DNA of 47,055 nucleotides from Candidatus Fervidifonticultor quintus (GCA_031459535.1 JAVKIJ010000014.1:1-47055); one strand, 5' to 3'; positions 9,770 to 19,212 are shown, counted from the stretch's first letter. Notes: a model not told the origin generated them from the sequence alone. Numbers and translations: made by a program.

Positions 9770-10312
9770 TTAGAATTTGACCTGGACGGGCTGGCGGGCC
9801 TCCTCTTCCATCTCGAAGTACTCGCGCACTCCGAATCCCAGGGAATTGGCAACCAGCACGGCCGGGAAGGCCTGGCGAGCGTTGTTGTAGCGCAGCACCG
9901 TGTCGTTGTAGAACTGGCGGGCAAAGGCGATCTTGCTCTCGGTCCCGCTCAGTTCCTCCTGCAACTGCATGAAGTTCTCGCTGGTCCGCAACTGGGGGTA
10001 GTTCTCCGCCACGGCAAACAGGGACCGCAGCGCCTGGGACAACATGTTCTCCGCCTGGCCCTGCTCCCGGACGGTCCCGGCCGCGATGGCCCGGGCCCGG
10101 GCTTCGGTGACCCGTTCAAAGACCTCGCGTTCGTGGGCCGCGTAGCCCTTCACGGCCTCCACCAGGTTGGGGATCAGGTCGTAGCGTCGGCGGAGCTGGA
10201 CGTCGATCTGCGACCAGGCGTTGTCGATCCGGTTCCGGAGCACCACGAGCCGGTTGTACAGGAGAATCGCATAGAGGACCACCAGGGCGACGATCCCAAG
10301 GACCCAGAGCAC
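9770..10312 (-). CDS. lemA: LemA family protein
   Basis: [45 protein letters not shown]. Confidence 0.95.
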   Translation of the reverse strand: MLWVLGIVALVVLYAILLYNRLVVLRNRIDNAWSQIDVQLRRRYDLIPNLVEAVKGYAAHEREVFERVTEARARAIAAGTVREQGQAENMLSQALRSLFAVAENYPQLRTSENFMQLQEELSGTESKIAFARQFYNDTVLRYNNARQAFPAVLVANSLGFGVREYFEMEEEARQPVQVKF

Positions 10313-10391
10313 GCGGCCACCTCCTCAGGCGCGGATCGTGGCAAGCCCGGTACTCTTTCTGCGCAACCCCGGCAATTCCCCTGGACGGGTT

Positions 10392-10400
10392 TGCTATAAT
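10392..10400 (+). promoter_or_regulatory. Extended -10 promoter element TGcTATAAT for the DUF151 gene
   Basis: Exact TATAAT with TGn about 48 nt upstream of the start, in the divergent intergenic region. Confidence 0.6.
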
Positions 10401-10447
10401 GTCCACAGACTGACGTCGTGCGCCGACCGTAAAAGGGGGATGTTGTC

Positions 10448-10957
10448 GTGCGCGGGATGAAGGTTCGCCGTGTCGCCCTCGACCAGCAAAACAACCCCGT
10501 GGTCTTGCTGGTCGACGAGGAAGAGACCATCGCCCTGCCCATCTGGATCGGCCAGGCAGAGGCCATGGCCATCGCCATGCGGCTGCAGGGGGTCACACCG
10601 CCCCGGCCGATGACGCACGATCTACTCCAGAACGTGCTCGAGCAGCTCTCGGCTAAGGTCACTCGCATCGTGGTCAGCGACGTGCGTGACCAGACGTACT
10701 TTGCCGAGATCCATCTGGCCCGCAACGGCACCGCGTTCGTCATCGACTCGCGACCCAGCGACGCCATCGCGCTAGCCCTGCGCGCCGAGGCGCCGATCTT
10801 CGTCGACGACAAGGTCGCCGCCCAGGCGATCGTGCTGCGCAAGACCGGTGACGGCGAGACCCGGGTGAGCGACGCGAGCGACGAGCTCGACCCGCAGGAG
10901 TTCCGGAAGTTTCTCGAACGCGTGAAGCCCAGCGACTTCGAAGGGCCGATCCACTAG
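10448..10957 (+). CDS. Bifunctional nuclease family protein (DUF151)
   Basis: LPIWIGQAEAMAI, PRPMTHDLL, IDSRPSDAIALALR. Confidence 0.92.
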   Translation: MRGMKVRRVALDQQNNPVVLLVDEEETIALPIWIGQAEAMAIAMRLQGVTPPRPMTHDLLQNVLEQLSAKVTRIVVSDVRDQTYFAEIHLARNGTAFVIDSRPSDAIALALRAEAPIFVDDKVAAQAIVLRKTGDGETRVSDASDELDPQEFRKFLERVKPSDFEGPIH

Positions 10958-11625
10958 GCGGCGCCGCCGCCCCGGAAGTCTACGTAGATCGCCTGAGCCA
11001 GCGCCACACCCACGCGCTGGAGTCTGCCCTCCACGTGCACGTCGATGCCCTTCGAGCCGGTCGCCACCACCTCGAGCGCGACCCCCGGGAGCAGTCCGGC
11101 AGCCTCCAGCTCCCGAACGATCCGGTCATCGCGGTCGCTGACGCGCACGATGAGCCCCCGCTGGCCCGGCCTGGCCGCAGCGAGCGTGCGGGCCGTCGAT
11201 CCGGCGATGGACCCATCGCGGGCAGGGATGGGGTCGCCGTGAGGATCCAGATCCGGCTGCCCCAGCGCTACGGCGATCCGATCCTCGAGCTCCTCGGAGA
11301 TGGCGTGCTCGAGCCGGTCGGCCTCGCCGTGCACACGGTCCAGGCGGACGCCGAGGTGGCGGCTGAGGTAGAGCTCCAGGAGCCGGTGGTGCCGGATCAC
11401 CTCCAGGGCAACCTTCTCCCCGGCCTCGGTGAGCTCGACCCCGTGATACGGGCGATGCCGCACCAGGCGCAGCCGCGCCAGGCGCTTGATCATGTTGGTG
11501 ACCGATGCCGGCGAGACGCCCAAGCGCTCGGCCAGGCCGTTGGTCGTGACGCGGGCGTGGGCCTGCGCCAGCGTGTAGATCGCCTTGAGATAGTCCTCGA
11601 CGGCCTGCGAGAGCGGCGCCGGCAT
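10954..11625 (-). CDS. DtxR/MntR-family metal-dependent repressor with C-terminal FeoA-like domain
   Basis: EDYLKAIY, SVTNMIKRL, RHHRLLELYL, EADRLEH, DPHGDPIP; alternative start at 11646. Confidence 0.92.
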   Translation of the reverse strand: MPAPLSQAVEDYLKAIYTLAQAHARVTTNGLAERLGVSPASVTNMIKRLARLRLVRHRPYHGVELTEAGEKVALEVIRHHRLLELYLSRHLGVRLDRVHGEADRLEHAISEELEDRIAVALGQPDLDPHGDPIPARDGSIAGSTARTLAAARPGQRGLIVRVSDRDDRIVRELEAAGLLPGVALEVVATGSKGIDVHVEGRLQRVGVALAQAIYVDFRGGGAA

Positions 11626-11652
11626 GATCGCTTCCTCTTCCTTCATCTTCCT

Positions 11653-12828
11653 TCATCCTGCCACAAACAGCCCGGTGAGGTACATCACGAGCAGTCCGAC
11701 CACAAAGCCCGCGAAGTTGCTCGCGGTCACCAGCTCATCGCCCGCCTGACGGACCATCAGCCGGACCAGCTCGTAGGCCACCTGGAAGATAGCACCGGCG
11801 CCGATCGCCAGGAAGAGCGTCGCAAAGACCGGCGAATAGACGAAGCCGCCCAGCCAGGTGCCGAGGATGGTGGGCAGGCCAGCGAGCGCGCCGAGCTGGA
11901 CGAACCGCGCCAGCGGCGGCCGGTCGGGAGCCAGGGGGGCAGCGATCCCCAGGCCCTCGGTCGTGTTGTGGATCAGGAACCCCAGCACCAGGAAGGTGCC
12001 GAGTGCCACCTCGCCCAGCGCGTAGGCCGCGCCGATCGCCAGCCCCTCACCCAGGTTGTGCAGGCCGATGGCCAGGGCCACCAGTGTCGCCAGGACGAGA
12101 CGGGCCTGCGGTCCATCCAGCTTTCCACGGGTCGCCCGGCGAGTGACGACCACGAGCGCCAGGATCGTGCCCAGCACACCCACCGTGACCAGGCCGGTCC
12201 CCTGGAACGCGCCGGGCACCCGGTCGCGCACCTCCAGGGCCTCGGCCAGGGTGTCCAGCCCGAGGAAAACCAGCAGCCCGCCGGTGAGGCTCAGGAAGAA
12301 ACTCAGCCAGCGCCGGCCGATGCGCTGGAGGAAGGGAAACCACAGCAGACCGATCATGACGGGGACGACCCCCGCGTAGACGCCGATCATGGTGAACGCC
12401 AGCAGAGACCGCCCATCGGGCTTCGGGGTCTGCACCGCCACCGGGACCTCGTGCTCGATGACGACCCCGCTGCTCGTCAGCAGCTTGATCCGGTGGGGTT
12501 CGCCTGCCATCCAGGGATATGGAATGGTCACAGTGGCGCGGCCCAGGCGCGGGATGGTCCGATCGGGCTCGACGGTGTGCTGCCAGTAGGCGTCGTCCAC
12601 CAGCACCTGGGCCACCGTGACCGCAGACGGGCCACCGTTGGTCAGGGAGACGACCATCTGGCCCGGCCGCAGGGTCACCCGGTCGACCGTCAGCTGCTCG
12701 ACCGGTGGGAAGGCGGCCTCGAAGATTCCCAGGGGTCCGTAGGCCAGGAACAGCGCCACAAACACCGCCAGCAGCGCCAGCGGTCCCAGGCCCCACAGCG
12801 CCAGTCGCCGGGTCTCAGACCGCACCAT
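11653..12828 (-). CDS. ZIP-family metal transporter with an extra N-terminal soluble domain
   Basis: GLHNLGEG and IHNTTEG ZIP motifs; N-terminal TM followed by a beta-rich segment of about 95 aa. Confidence 0.88.
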   Translation of the reverse strand: MVRSETRRLALWGLGPLALLAVFVALFLAYGPLGIFEAAFPPVEQLTVDRVTLRPGQMVVSLTNGGPSAVTVAQVLVDDAYWQHTVEPDRTIPRLGRATVTIPYPWMAGEPHRIKLLTSSGVVIEHEVPVAVQTPKPDGRSLLAFTMIGVYAGVVPVMIGLLWFPFLQRIGRRWLSFFLSLTGGLLVFLGLDTLAEALEVRDRVPGAFQGTGLVTVGVLGTILALVVVTRRATRGKLDGPQARLVLATLVALAIGLHNLGEGLAIGAAYALGEVALGTFLVLGFLIHNTTEGLGIAAPLAPDRPPLARFVQLGALAGLPTILGTWLGGFVYSPVFATLFLAIGAGAIFQVAYELVRLMVRQAGDELVTASNFAGFVVGLLVMYLTGLFVAG

Positions 12829-13870
12829 CGGCAATGACCTCGAAGAAGCTCATCCAGCCCAGTTCGACGAACTCGCTCTGGTGCGCGTGGAACATGAACC
12901 GCCCCGGCCGCCTGTACCGGAATTCGAGGACCGCTCGCTCGGCCTGGCAGAGCATGATCGTGTCGGTGAAGTGCGCAGGCACCAGGCGCGTGCCGGTGGG
13001 GTAGACATCGAAGAAGTTGGCGTGCAGGTGGAAGGAGTTGATCGGATCGAACTCGGTAATGTTGACTAGATAGATGCGCACCAGCTCGCCCTGCCTGATG
13101 CGGATGGGATGACGCATGTAGAAGAACGGCACCGAGTTGACCGCGTAGACCTCGTTCTCCCCGTCGAAGTCGGTATCGAAGGCGTTCATCATCATCACCA
13201 GCTCCCGCGCCGGCGGCCGGCCCTGAGGCGGATCAATGATGAACGTGCCGTAAAGCCCCTTGTGGATGTGCCGTTTGAGCGGCTGCACGTGACAGTGGTA
13301 CAGGTGCAGCCCGAAGGGCTCGGCGTCGAACTCGTAGGAGAACGACCCGCCCGGCGCAATGGGATCGATGCCGTCCATCTCGGCGGCGTGGAAGCCGTGG
13401 AAGTGGATGTTGTGGGGGTGCGGCGCCCCGTTGACAAAGTGGACGCGGAGCCGGTCGCCCTCCCGTGCCCGGAGCGTGGGGCCGGGGACCTGCCCGTTGT
13501 ACGTCCAGGCCACAAATGTCACGCCAGGCGCCACCTCGATCTCGCGGACCTGGGCGACGAGACGGTACTCGCGCAGCATCCGCCCGCCGGGCAGCGGCGT
13601 GGCCTTGCCCCAGTCGAACCGGGTCAGGTAGCGCATCGGGTCCACGCCGGCCCGCCGGATGTCCACCTCACCCACCACGCCCAGGTCGCCGCCATGGGGA
13701 ACCGCGCCCCCGGGCGCGTTCGGGTCGGGGGCATGTCGTTCCCGGGTCTGCGGTTGGTGCCGTGGGCTGCCCGCGGCCGGCCCTCCGCCCGCCAGCGCCT
13801 TCGCCGCCAGGCCGGCGGCACTAACAGCAGCCAGGCGGAACAGGCCGCGGCGCGATACGGGTCCACTCAT
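12815..13870 (-). CDS. Tat-exported two-domain multicopper oxidase
   Basis: SRRGLF twin-arginine signal; NGQVPGP; HNIHFHG, YHCH..H, FHLH, FHAH copper motifs; GGAGG RBS. Confidence 0.9.
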   Translation of the reverse strand: MSGPVSRRGLFRLAAVSAAGLAAKALAGGGPAAGSPRHQPQTRERHAPDPNAPGGAVPHGGDLGVVGEVDIRRAGVDPMRYLTRFDWGKATPLPGGRMLREYRLVAQVREIEVAPGVTFVAWTYNGQVPGPTLRAREGDRLRVHFVNGAPHPHNIHFHGFHAAEMDGIDPIAPGGSFSYEFDAEPFGLHLYHCHVQPLKRHIHKGLYGTFIIDPPQGRPPARELVMMMNAFDTDFDGENEVYAVNSVPFFYMRHPIRIRQGELVRIYLVNITEFDPINSFHLHANFFDVYPTGTRLVPAHFTDTIMLCQAERAVLEFRYRRPGRFMFHAHQSEFVELGWMSFFEVIADGAV

Positions 13871-13891
13871 GCCTCCCCACCCCCGGGCATT

Positions 13892-13922
13892 TTTAGTGAC
13901 TTCTAAATTAGTGATGTCTAAA
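13892..13922. promoter_or_regulatory. Tandem DtxR/MntR-type operators (TTAG-N6-CTAA twice)
   Basis: TTTAGtgacttCTAAA (13892-13907) and TTAGtgatgtCTAA (13908-13921), lying just downstream of a minus-strand TTGACA (13950-13945)-N17-CAAGAT promoter. Confidence 0.75.
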
Positions 13923-13972
13923 TCTTGAAGGAACAGCGGCGGACTGTCAAGCCATCGACCGTGCGGGCGGAG

Positions 13973-16111
13973 CTACTCGGGAGGCTCGATGCGAACCGGC
14001 ACGTTGATGTCGGCGTAGCGCAGCGTCATATAGTGGGTCGGCTCGAGCATCAGTAGCCGGCTCACCATGTACCGGTGCAGCCCGACCCAGGCGGCGAAAC
14101 GCGCGCCTCCGTCCGGCGAGGTCCAGAACAGCACACGGCAGGGCTCACCGTCACACCACCCGGTGCGCCCCAGCCTGATCCCCCGCGCCCCACGCAGGAA
14201 GTATAGCGGGCCCTCGACTGGCGTCGGCGAAGAGAACTCGTAGCGCTTCCAGGCGCCGCCGCTTGCGCGTTGATATCGCACGCGGCCCAGCGATACGACC
14301 TGCACGCCCGTCGAGGTCGAGAAGCGCTGCCGGTCTGGCCGCTCGGCCTCCAGCCACGTCAGGTAGGCGTTGCCCGCGCCGTCGGTGAGTTGCTGGATCT
14401 CACGCCACGTGCGCACCGACGCCCACGCTTCCCTGACCCGCTCCAGCAGGCGGAGGGCGTCGGGGCCGGCGATGGGCCTGCACTCTTCCCCCAGGTGCAA
14501 GGGGAAGATCGTCTCTGCATCCGCCCGGCCTGGCCAACGGACGAACACGCTGACCTCCCACCAGCCCGGGGGGCCCAACTCCGCGCCTCCGGCGGCGAAC
14601 TGGCCCTCGCCCAGAGCGGACAGCACCACGGTGGTCGGTTCTGTCGGCTCGTCCAGGTTCACAAACCGCACCAGCACACGCCCAGGTGTGGGGACGGACC
14701 CTCCGTTCCCATTCAGGACGCGCACCTCCACGCGGTTCCAGCCAGGCTCCGCCGGCGCGATCGAGAGCAGAATCCGCAGGGCATCTGCCTGTCCCGACAG
14801 CAGCACAGCGGCCCCCGCGCGGGGCGGGGCAGGCGGCGTGAGCGTGAGAACCGCCACGACCAGTCCGATCACCGCACCCGCGCACACCTCGGCGGTTCCC
14901 AGACCAAGGAACCGCCGTAGCGCGACCGTCGGCACTGCGGCGGTGCTGGCGATCCACCCGCGGACTCCCAAGCGGCCGATGACCGCCATCGCCACCAGCA
15001 CGACGACCAGGACCGTCTTGAGCGTTAGCGTCCTGCCGTAGGCTGAATCGGCCAGGGCCTGCATGCCGGCCACATGGAGCTTGGCGCCGTATGCGCCGGT
15101 GGTGACGACCAATCCCACACAGACAGCGGTGATCGCGGAGAGCCGCGGCGCCAGCCCACGGATGATGCGGGCGCGCCCTGACGGCGGCGTGGCCCAGGCG
15201 ATCATCAGGGAGCCGGCCACGCCGCCGATCCAGACGGCGACCGCCAGCAGATGCACCCAGTCCACCGCCATGGCCAGCCAGCCGCGCCCGGACCCGTGGG
15301 ACCCGAGCGTGACTCCGGCCAGGGCTCCAGCGGAGGCCAGTACCGAGGTCAACTGGGCGGCCGGCCAGGTTCGCCCTGCGCCGCGCGAGACCGTCGCCCA
15401 CAGGGCGACCACAGCCAGGCCTGCCCGACTCACGATGTGCCAGCCCGCCTTGGTCCTCACCAGGAACGGCCACAGAGCGCCGGTGGCGAGGGCGTCCCGG
15501 AGCGGCACCTCGAACAGCAGGGCCGACCCGACGAGCAGATCGGCGACGGCGGCCAGGAAGAGCACGGACGCCGCGCCCATCTGGGCGCGGCGGATCACCG
15601 TTGGCCCTGGCACCGGCGACCAGATCTCGAACGCGACCAATCCCGCCAGCAGCAACGCCGCCAGCAACCCCATCCACCGCACGGCCACCCGGGCCGGGCC
15701 AGGGACGTCCCCCGCCACAGTCCGGACAGATGCGGTCAGCGGCTGGCCCACCGAGAAGGCCAGCGCGCCGCTTGTGATGTGACCGTCCGAGAGAGCCAGC
15801 ACCCTCCACCGCACCGTGTAGATCCCGCGGGGAAGAGCCTCGAGGGCGACCGCCAGCGCGCGGCCGCCGTCTGTGATCTCCGCGCGGCGGCCGTAGCGGC
15901 GGCCTTCGCCGCTCGTGACCACGGCGGTGCTGAAGGCCGGATCGACGGGCTCGCTGAACCACAGCACGATCCGGTCCGGCGCGCGATCGAGCACGGCGTT
16001 GGCCGGAGGGGTCGAGCGTTCGAGAACCCCATGGGCACCGACCGGCACAGCGGACGCGGCCCACAGGCCGAGCGTGAGCAAGACGATGGGAAGAAGACCG
16101 CGAGCGCGCAT
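13973..16111 (-). CDS. CopC-CopD fusion with C-terminal Ig-like (YtkA/FixH-like) and LolA/LppX-like domains, copy 1
   Basis: Signal peptide then HGVLERSTP..DGH (CopC); GSH, DWVHLLAVAVWIGG, YGRTL.LK (CopD); PAEPGWN, PGWWEV. The C-terminal fold assignments are inference. Confidence 0.8.
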   Translation of the reverse strand: MRARGLLPIVLLTLGLWAASAVPVGAHGVLERSTPPANAVLDRAPDRIVLWFSEPVDPAFSTAVVTSGEGRRYGRRAEITDGGRALAVALEALPRGIYTVRWRVLALSDGHITSGALAFSVGQPLTASVRTVAGDVPGPARVAVRWMGLLAALLLAGLVAFEIWSPVPGPTVIRRAQMGAASVLFLAAVADLLVGSALLFEVPLRDALATGALWPFLVRTKAGWHIVSRAGLAVVALWATVSRGAGRTWPAAQLTSVLASAGALAGVTLGSHGSGRGWLAMAVDWVHLLAVAVWIGGVAGSLMIAWATPPSGRARIIRGLAPRLSAITAVCVGLVVTTGAYGAKLHVAGMQALADSAYGRTLTLKTVLVVVLVAMAVIGRLGVRGWIASTAAVPTVALRRFLGLGTAEVCAGAVIGLVVAVLTLTPPAPPRAGAAVLLSGQADALRILLSIAPAEPGWNRVEVRVLNGNGGSVPTPGRVLVRFVNLDEPTEPTTVVLSALGEGQFAAGGAELGPPGWWEVSVFVRWPGRADAETIFPLHLGEECRPIAGPDALRLLERVREAWASVRTWREIQQLTDGAGNAYLTWLEAERPDRQRFSTSTGVQVVSLGRVRYQRASGGAWKRYEFSSPTPVEGPLYFLRGARGIRLGRTGWCDGEPCRVLFWTSPDGGARFAAWVGLHRYMVSRLLMLEPTHYMTLRYADINVPVRIEPPE

Positions 16112-16143
16112 TCTGGCCCCACCCGCGCGGAACGTCCGCAACC

Positions 16144-16152
16144 ATGATAGCA
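16144..16152 (-). promoter_or_regulatory. Extended -10 element TGcTATCAT upstream of copCD copy 1
   Basis: Minus-strand TGCTATCAT about 33 nt before ATG 16111. Confidence 0.45.
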
Positions 16153-16220
16153 GGATGCCAGCCATCGGATGCGAGGCCGGCGCAGGATGCGCGTCGGCGG
16201 GCTGTGCGCTATCGGGCGTC

Positions 16221-16837
<617 letters not shown>

Positions 16838-16838
<1 letters not shown>

Positions 16839-17083
16839 CTGTCCGTAACCGACTCGCCCAGGTGGAAGGCCACGTGCACAGTATCCGCACCATGGTGGCT
16901 GACGGGCGGCCGTGCCCGGAGATCTTGATCCAGATTGCGGCGGCGCGCAGCGCCCTCGACCAGGCGGCGCGCGTACTGCTCGAGGATCACCTCGAGCACT
17001 GTGTGGTAGAAGCCAAGACGCGGGGCAACGTGGCCGCGGCGGTGGCTGATCTCAAAGAGGCCCTCGACCGGTTCATCCGATGA
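16838..17083 (+). pseudogene. csoR: CsoR/RcnR-family metal-sensing repressor lacking its 5' end
   Basis: NRLAQVEGH..CPEILIQIAA..EDHLEHC (C-H-C metal site); no start codon or RBS between it and the antisense ATPase fragment. Confidence 0.8.
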
Positions 17084-17364
17084 GGGGACCGGCGAGGTGC
17101 TTTCACCCGACCGTCATCACTCCATCCGCCGGCTCTTCTCCTGATATGGGGTGCATCGACGCTGCGGGATGCGGTCCGCGTATCCCACGTAGCCGATCCC
17201 GGCGATCCGGCGACCTTGGGGAACGCCCGGGAACTGTCCCAGTGGCGCTAGCGAATGACTGTTGCCTTCCGCCGGATCACGGCTCCCGGCGCGATCAGGG
17301 ACGGCTCTGCCGGACAGCCTCCACAGCCGGTGCGCAGACGTGAGGTTCCTAACCGGGTTCACGC

Positions 17365-17877
17365 TCAATGCGAACCACGGAAAGCGGAGATGATCAGACC
17401 GAGAAGCCCGGTGCAGACAACGTAGAGCAGGACGCCGCCCACTGTCTTCACCGCGGAGTCTCTCTGCATCCCTGGCGCATACAGCGCGGCGATCTTCTCC
17501 TGGCGCGCCGCGCCTGCGTCAACGATGACAGGGATCCACCCCTCAACCGGCCGCGCGCCGTCGGACAGTTCGAGATAGACGAACCATCGGCCGGCCTCGG
17601 GCACATCGAGCCGTCCTTCGAACCGGCGAGCATCCAGCTGGCGCAACGGCGCATAAAGAGTCTGCCCGGCTCGCCGGGCTGCGAGTCGCCTGGGACTCGG
17701 CCGGACGGGATCGTTGCGCGCCAGGACCTCCCCTACCAGATGGATCGTCGTCCCGCGTCGCACGGCCACCAGTCGGACCTGCCCCACATCCTCGCCCTGC
17801 CCGGGATCATGCGCGAGGGCCGATGTCTGCGCCAGCGTCAGGGCTCCGAGGACCACCAGCGCCGCAGCGGGCTGCAC
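17365..17877 (-). CDS. Hypothetical secreted, C-terminally anchored protein (mature N-terminus HDPGQG)
   Basis: Signal peptide ending ALA-H, beta-rich body (GRWFVYLE), C-terminal TM helix; start uncertain. Confidence 0.6.
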   Translation of the reverse strand: MQPAAALVVLGALTLAQTSALAHDPGQGEDVGQVRLVAVRRGTTIHLVGEVLARNDPVRPSPRRLAARRAGQTLYAPLRQLDARRFEGRLDVPEAGRWFVYLELSDGARPVEGWIPVIVDAGAARQEKIAALYAPGMQRDSAVKTVGGVLLYVVCTGLLGLIISAFRGSH

Positions 17878-17882
17878 GACGG

Positions 17883-17899
17883 TGACACGGGAGCTGTCA
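17883..17899. promoter_or_regulatory. Inverted repeat TGACA-N7-TGTCA, candidate TetR operator
   Basis: Lies in the short gap between the divergent HDPGQG gene and tetR. Confidence 0.45.
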
Positions 17900-17904
17900 A
17901 GATC

Positions 17905-18489
17905 GTGATCGAAGACGCAATTCTTGACGGGGCACGGAGGGCGGTTACACGATAGGGCTGGCGGGGGACGACGCTCGAACGCATTGCCCAGGCCGCCGGC
18001 GTCTCGCGGATCACGCTCTATCGCCGGGGCATCACGAAGGAGCGCGTGCTGCAAGCCCTGGTTGAACGGGGCGTGGAAAGCTACCGCCGGGCGCTCTGGC
18101 CCGTCGTGATGGGGCCGGGGAGCGGTCGTCAGCGCCTCGAGCAGGCCCTGAAGGTGCTCATCGGGACCGCCGAGGCCCACCTCTCGCTCCTGGTCGCTCT
18201 TCAGACGGAGGCCGACACGCCCTTTCACCGCCCAGGGAAGGGCGAGGTGCTGACCGACAAAGCGTTCACCGATCCCTTTGAACGCCTGCTCCTCGATGGC
18301 GCCGCCGATGGCTCTTTGCGGACGGTGCACCCTGTCGAGACCGCCACAGTGCTGTTCAACATGGTCGCCTGGACGTACGTCCATCTGCGAACCGGCCACC
18401 GGTGGAGTATCGGGCGCGCACGGAGAGGGGTCCTCGACCTGGCGTTGAACGGTCTCGTCCTGGCACCACGCGACTGGCGACGACGGTGA
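17905..18489 (+). pseudogene. TetR/AcrR-family regulator with an internal amber stop
   Basis: ILDGARRAVTR-TAG(17953-17955)-GWRGTTLERIAQAAGVSRITLYRR HTH, in frame with ORF 18046-18489. Confidence 0.82.
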
Positions 18490-18528
18490 AGCGCCAGGTG
18501 GAGGCGGGCTGATTGTGCAGGTGTCGAG

Positions 18529-19104
18529 GTGAGCATGTCATCGCAGGGTTCGCGCTGGGATTCCACGTCGGCACGCCGTACAGCCGTGGCGACGCTGGCG
18601 GTCTATGCTGTCCTGAGCCTCGCGCTCTCGTCGCGGCCGCCGGCGCAACTGCCGCCTGCTGTCGCCGCGGTGCTGGCGCTCTTCCCAACACTCATCGCCG
18701 TGGTGAACGCCCTGGCCCTGACGTGCCTGATCGCGGGCTGGCGGGCCATCCGGGCCGGACACGTCCAGACGCACCGGCAGTTCATGCTGGCGTCGGCTGC
18801 GCTGATCTCGCTGTTTCTGGTGCTGTACGTCACGCGCGTGGCGCTTGGGGGCACCAAGGTGTTTCCCGGACCGGCCACGGTCCGGTCCTATGTCTATCTG
18901 CCCATCCTGGCCGTGCACATCATTCTGTCCATCGTGTCCGTACCGTTGGTGATCTACAATCTCCTCACCGGCCTCGGCAAAGAGACGCGCGCCGTCGCGC
19001 CTACATGGCACCCGATCGTGGGGCGGGTCGCGGTCGCGCTGTGGTCGGCGAGTCTCGCGCTGGGAATCCTCGTGTACCTGGTTCTCAACGTGGTGTATCG
19101 TTAG
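18529..19104 (+). CDS. DUF420 (CtaM/YozB-like) membrane protein
   Basis: HRQFML, FLVLY, ILAVHIILS, HPIVGRVA..W..S..LGILVY. Confidence 0.85.
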   Translation: MSMSSQGSRWDSTSARRTAVATLAVYAVLSLALSSRPPAQLPPAVAAVLALFPTLIAVVNALALTCLIAGWRAIRAGHVQTHRQFMLASAALISLFLVLYVTRVALGGTKVFPGPATVRSYVYLPILAVHIILSIVSVPLVIYNLLTGLGKETRAVAPTWHPIVGRVAVALWSASLALGILVYLVLNVVYR

Positions 19105-19212
19105 ATTGGTTATCTCACTGCCGGACGCTGGGTGCTCAAGCGACGTCTCACACCCGCATACAGATCTCGTCGGGAGGCGGCATGACGCCGCGCGGCAAGA
19201 CCCCCGTGGGGA

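Noticed and set aside
11035-12837. Long ORFs overlapping real genes (e.g. 11035-12837 +, 14400-16145 -, 27560-29833 +, 36748-38637 -, 38253-39983 +)
   Set aside because: Antisense or off-frame shadows typical of high-GC DNA, with no recognisable motifs, while the overlapping frame has clear family motifs.
12815-13870. Calling the multicopper protein NirK
   Set aside because: It has HNIHFH rather than the NirK HNIDFH catalytic Asp motif, and it keeps HxH pairs in all four positions as needed for a trinuclear cluster.
17117-17368. 83-aa minus-strand ORF containing GIGYVGYA, reminiscent of a PstS-like remnant
   Set aside because: Only a short motif, which needs a frameshift to extend; not supportable without a search.
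17953-17955. Pyrrolysine or genome-wide stop reassignment
   Set aside because: TAG and TGA both terminate many intact genes in the window, and the TAG is not at a catalytic position.
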